Source: the human T2T-CHM13v2.0 reference genome, Homo sapiens
Assembly (NCBI RefSeq): GCF_009914755.1
Contig: NC_060932.1
Direction: 5' to 3' (one strand)
Length of the DNA stretch: 64,000 nt
Made by a program: the position numbers and the translations under genes
Shown here: piece after piece, positions 61,264 through 64,000 of the stretch
Numbering within the stretch: position 1 is the stretch's first letter
Layout of the letters: the number at the start of each line of letters is the position of its first letter
The notes under the pieces: generated by a model
The model's input: the letters and a program-made list of their open reading frames with translations, nothing else
What the model was told of the DNA's origin: nothing
Database searches by the model: none

Positions 61264-63049
61264 ACTCTTGATTAACTTAATGGAAATATTTACAGAGATT
61301 CTTTCTCTTCTGGGTTCTAACGTCTTATCTGTAACCTCTGCAGGTAATACATTTTCCTTCCTGATGATAGCATTTCTATGGTTGCTTTCACTTGCAAATC
61401 CTCTAATACTTATTTATTCCATTTCTGATTGGCATTAGACATAATTCTCAATTTTTAGTGACAGCACTTCGTTTAACTTACATATAAATCGACTTTGCCT
61501 TGAAATGTGACATTGACTAGAAGGATGAAACTTCTAACATGCTGTAGAACATAGTTTGACTGGCTAACTTATTATTTAGAAGAAGCTAATATTGCCATTA
61601 TGAGGGACTTAGGTGACTCTGAAGAACCAGTTGCATTTGTAATGTTTGCAATGTTAAATCACAGATATTGCCAACGTGAAATAGTTTCCATATGCTGTGT
61701 TCTCAATACACACCTTTTCCAAAGATATCCCAAGCTGTAGTCTTAGAAGACTGTGATTTTTCTTATTTGTTCTCACAGGAATTTGGGGAGCTATGCGGGA
61801 TCTCCATAAAATGAGCTCCAGAAAGACACGTGTGCACACACACACACTCACACATGTCCCACACCGCACTTGACTCTGTTTATTTGGGACCCATGATTAT
61901 CAGAAGTGCTATTTTTAACAAATACTTCTGAGAAATAATCTGAACACTTAATTGGATGCAAAAGAGTGGCTATTTACTATTCTACCCTTTAATTAGCATA
62001 ATCAGTGTTTCCAGCAGCAAAAGCAATTGGAAAATCGCTTGTTTTGTTAGGTTCATTCTTCTCCCTTAGCGTAGTGTGGCATCAGCATGGTTATTATTCT
62101 TAAATTGCCTCTTTAAAACAAGAGCTGGTGCTTCTTACAGGCAATTCCTAACTCTTGGGTTTTGTAGAGGGTCCAAAACTCTTTAGAACCTATAATTCAA
62201 GGAAAGGCTCCACTTTGGTTTTGCATTTTGTCTGGTCTCTTTGGGTGACAGAATTTATGTCACAAGGTGCACATGTTTTGGGGAGGCTCATGGACAGCCC
62301 ATCGCTCTTGTGCTTTGGTAGGAAATATGTGCAGTTATGGGGAAGGAGTTAGTTACTCATCTAGGGAACAATTGGGTAGAAAGAGATGGACTCCCTGTAT
62401 TTGAAATTCAGAACTCAAGCTTGGCTCTAAGTGTTTCCTTGCTTTGCTGTGCTCCACGGGAGGCACTGAGCAGAAGGAAGCGAGTTGCCTGAGATTCCTC
62501 AAAGCCCGCAGCCCTTTTGGAGGTTACATTGTTATTCTCAGAGCCTTTATGATACATAATAAAGACCTAGCTTGGACCAACATTAGGATGAGTTATCTTG
62601 CTATTAACATTCTTTCAGGTAGAAGTTGCTTTTAGGTAGAAGTTGGTCCCATCTTGCTCACAATCCTCCAAAGCTTGGAAGTTACTTTCCAGGAGACTTA
62701 GCTTGCACTGAGAGCCGCCCTCCCACCCTCTCTCCAAATTTCCTCTTGGGAGTAGCCTAACAAGGTGCTGTCCCAGACCCTTGCCAGCCACGATGACCCC
62801 ACCCAGACCATCCCTCTGCTGTTTCACTCTTTGATATTCTCTGGAGCTCTCTGGGGAGGGGTGAGACCTGCTGTCTGGTTTGTACGGTTTGCCCAAGTCT
62901 TACAGTCATGGCTGGCTGCCTCTCTCTGAGAACTGGGACTCCTGAACTTGGTGAAATGCCTCAGCCATTGATCATGTGAAATTATCGGTGACACTCATTT
63001 AAAATCCGAGTCTGCTCCAGATGGACTCTGACTCTTTCTGCCCTGACTA

Positions 63050-63126
63050 TGAGAGAGAGAGATCGTGAGAGACAGAGACCATGAGAAAGACCGTGAGAGA
63101 GAGACACAGAGCTAGAGAGAGAGACC
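63050..63126. repeat. GA-rich low-complexity tract
   Basis: Degenerate (GA)n/gagaccgt units. Confidence 0.7.
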
Positions 63127-64000
63127 GTGTCCTGACCTGCTGGACAGTGGAGATGCTTGTGGGCTGTGAGCAAGGGATGCAAAGGCTGCCGGGAATCCCA
63201 TCTTTCCAGCATCATCTGCCAAGGCACATCAGTTCCTGAGTGTCTTGATGGGTTCTGGCAGCATTACTGTCATTGAAGGAAAACATTTTAGCCATATTAA
63301 AGGTGAATGCAGCAAGCTACACACAGGCTGCCTGGAAGGGACGCGGGACAAGGGTGGGTTTTCCCTGTGATGGACAGGAGGCAGGCGGCCCTCCCACAGC
63401 CCTGCCTGGCAAAGCAGATGTGTCCCAAAAAGGCAATGGGGGCAGCTGGAGTGCTGTGCGGAGGCGGGCTCACCCGGGCCCTGGGTTCGCTCTGATTGCA
63501 GCGGTTTCCCGCCAGCTCCTTGGAGAGCTGGCAGATGACCCAGCCCCACAGCAGGAGCTGTGAATGGCAGAACGAGATACAACAATTTGATATCCACTTG
63601 CCAGATGAGCCGGGTGTCGTCAGTCGCCTGGCCCTGCGCCAACCTCTTTTTGCACAAACACTTATGAATTCAGCCAGGAGGAAAAGCACTCTGATTATGA
63701 ATTGAGCAGAAGGAAACAAAGTTCTGCGGATAAACACCAATGAGACAAAAAACCACGAATAAGAAAAATGACAGAAAAGGAGAACCTTCCCAGAAGCCTC
63801 CTGCCAGTGAACAGCCACCGTAGCAAGAGCTTGGAGGCCCTGGGTTTTGAACTGTGAGATAAGGAAGATGATGAAAACCTCCCTAGCAGCCAGGCAAGCA
63901 CAAGATTCCTGTAAAATCCAGGTCTAAGTGTTTTAACCACAGAAGTAATATTATGTCATAGGTGAGAGCTGTGAGTTGCTGAACCCAAAGTGAGTTCAAA

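Noticed and set aside
63229-63940. Cluster of 140-170 aa ORFs near the right end
   Set aside because: No recognisable homology or convincing exon structure; overlapping ORFs on both strands as expected in GC-rich sequence

Overview
Primate (human or great-ape type) genomic DNA with no intact protein-coding gene. The left ~32 kb is AT-rich sequence filled with old repeats: L1M, MaLR THE1/MST/MLT1, MIR, L2, Tigger and Charlie3 remnants, Alus, and a nested ERV1 LTR pile at 27.7-31.0 kb. From ~32.2 kb the window is a GC-rich, Alu-dense copy of the ALG1-EEF2KMT(FAM86)-ENPP7P segmental duplication. It holds an unprocessed ALG1 pseudogene (+ strand, exons 6-10 only) and a convergent FAM86/EEF2KMT pseudogene (- strand, exons 1-7, exact exon sizes, +2 frameshift in exon 6, stop in exon 7). 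A deletion between these two has removed both 3' ends. Further right are a G-rich CpG-island promoter, an Alu>MER66>LTR12 triple nest and one large exon of an ENPP7-like pseudogene. The layout resembles the human 8p23.1 FAM86B3P/ALG1L13P/ENPP7P1 locus in reverse complement, but that assignment is from memory and unverified. The most interesting points are: the ENPP7-like exon appears to come from an ancient paralogue rather than ENPP7 itself; a perfect 5-unit heat-shock element sits at the duplication junction; a 230-aa truncated FAM86 ORF survives; and LTR poly(A) and promoter signals may have been recruited. No clearly novel biological system is demonstrable from the sequence alone.
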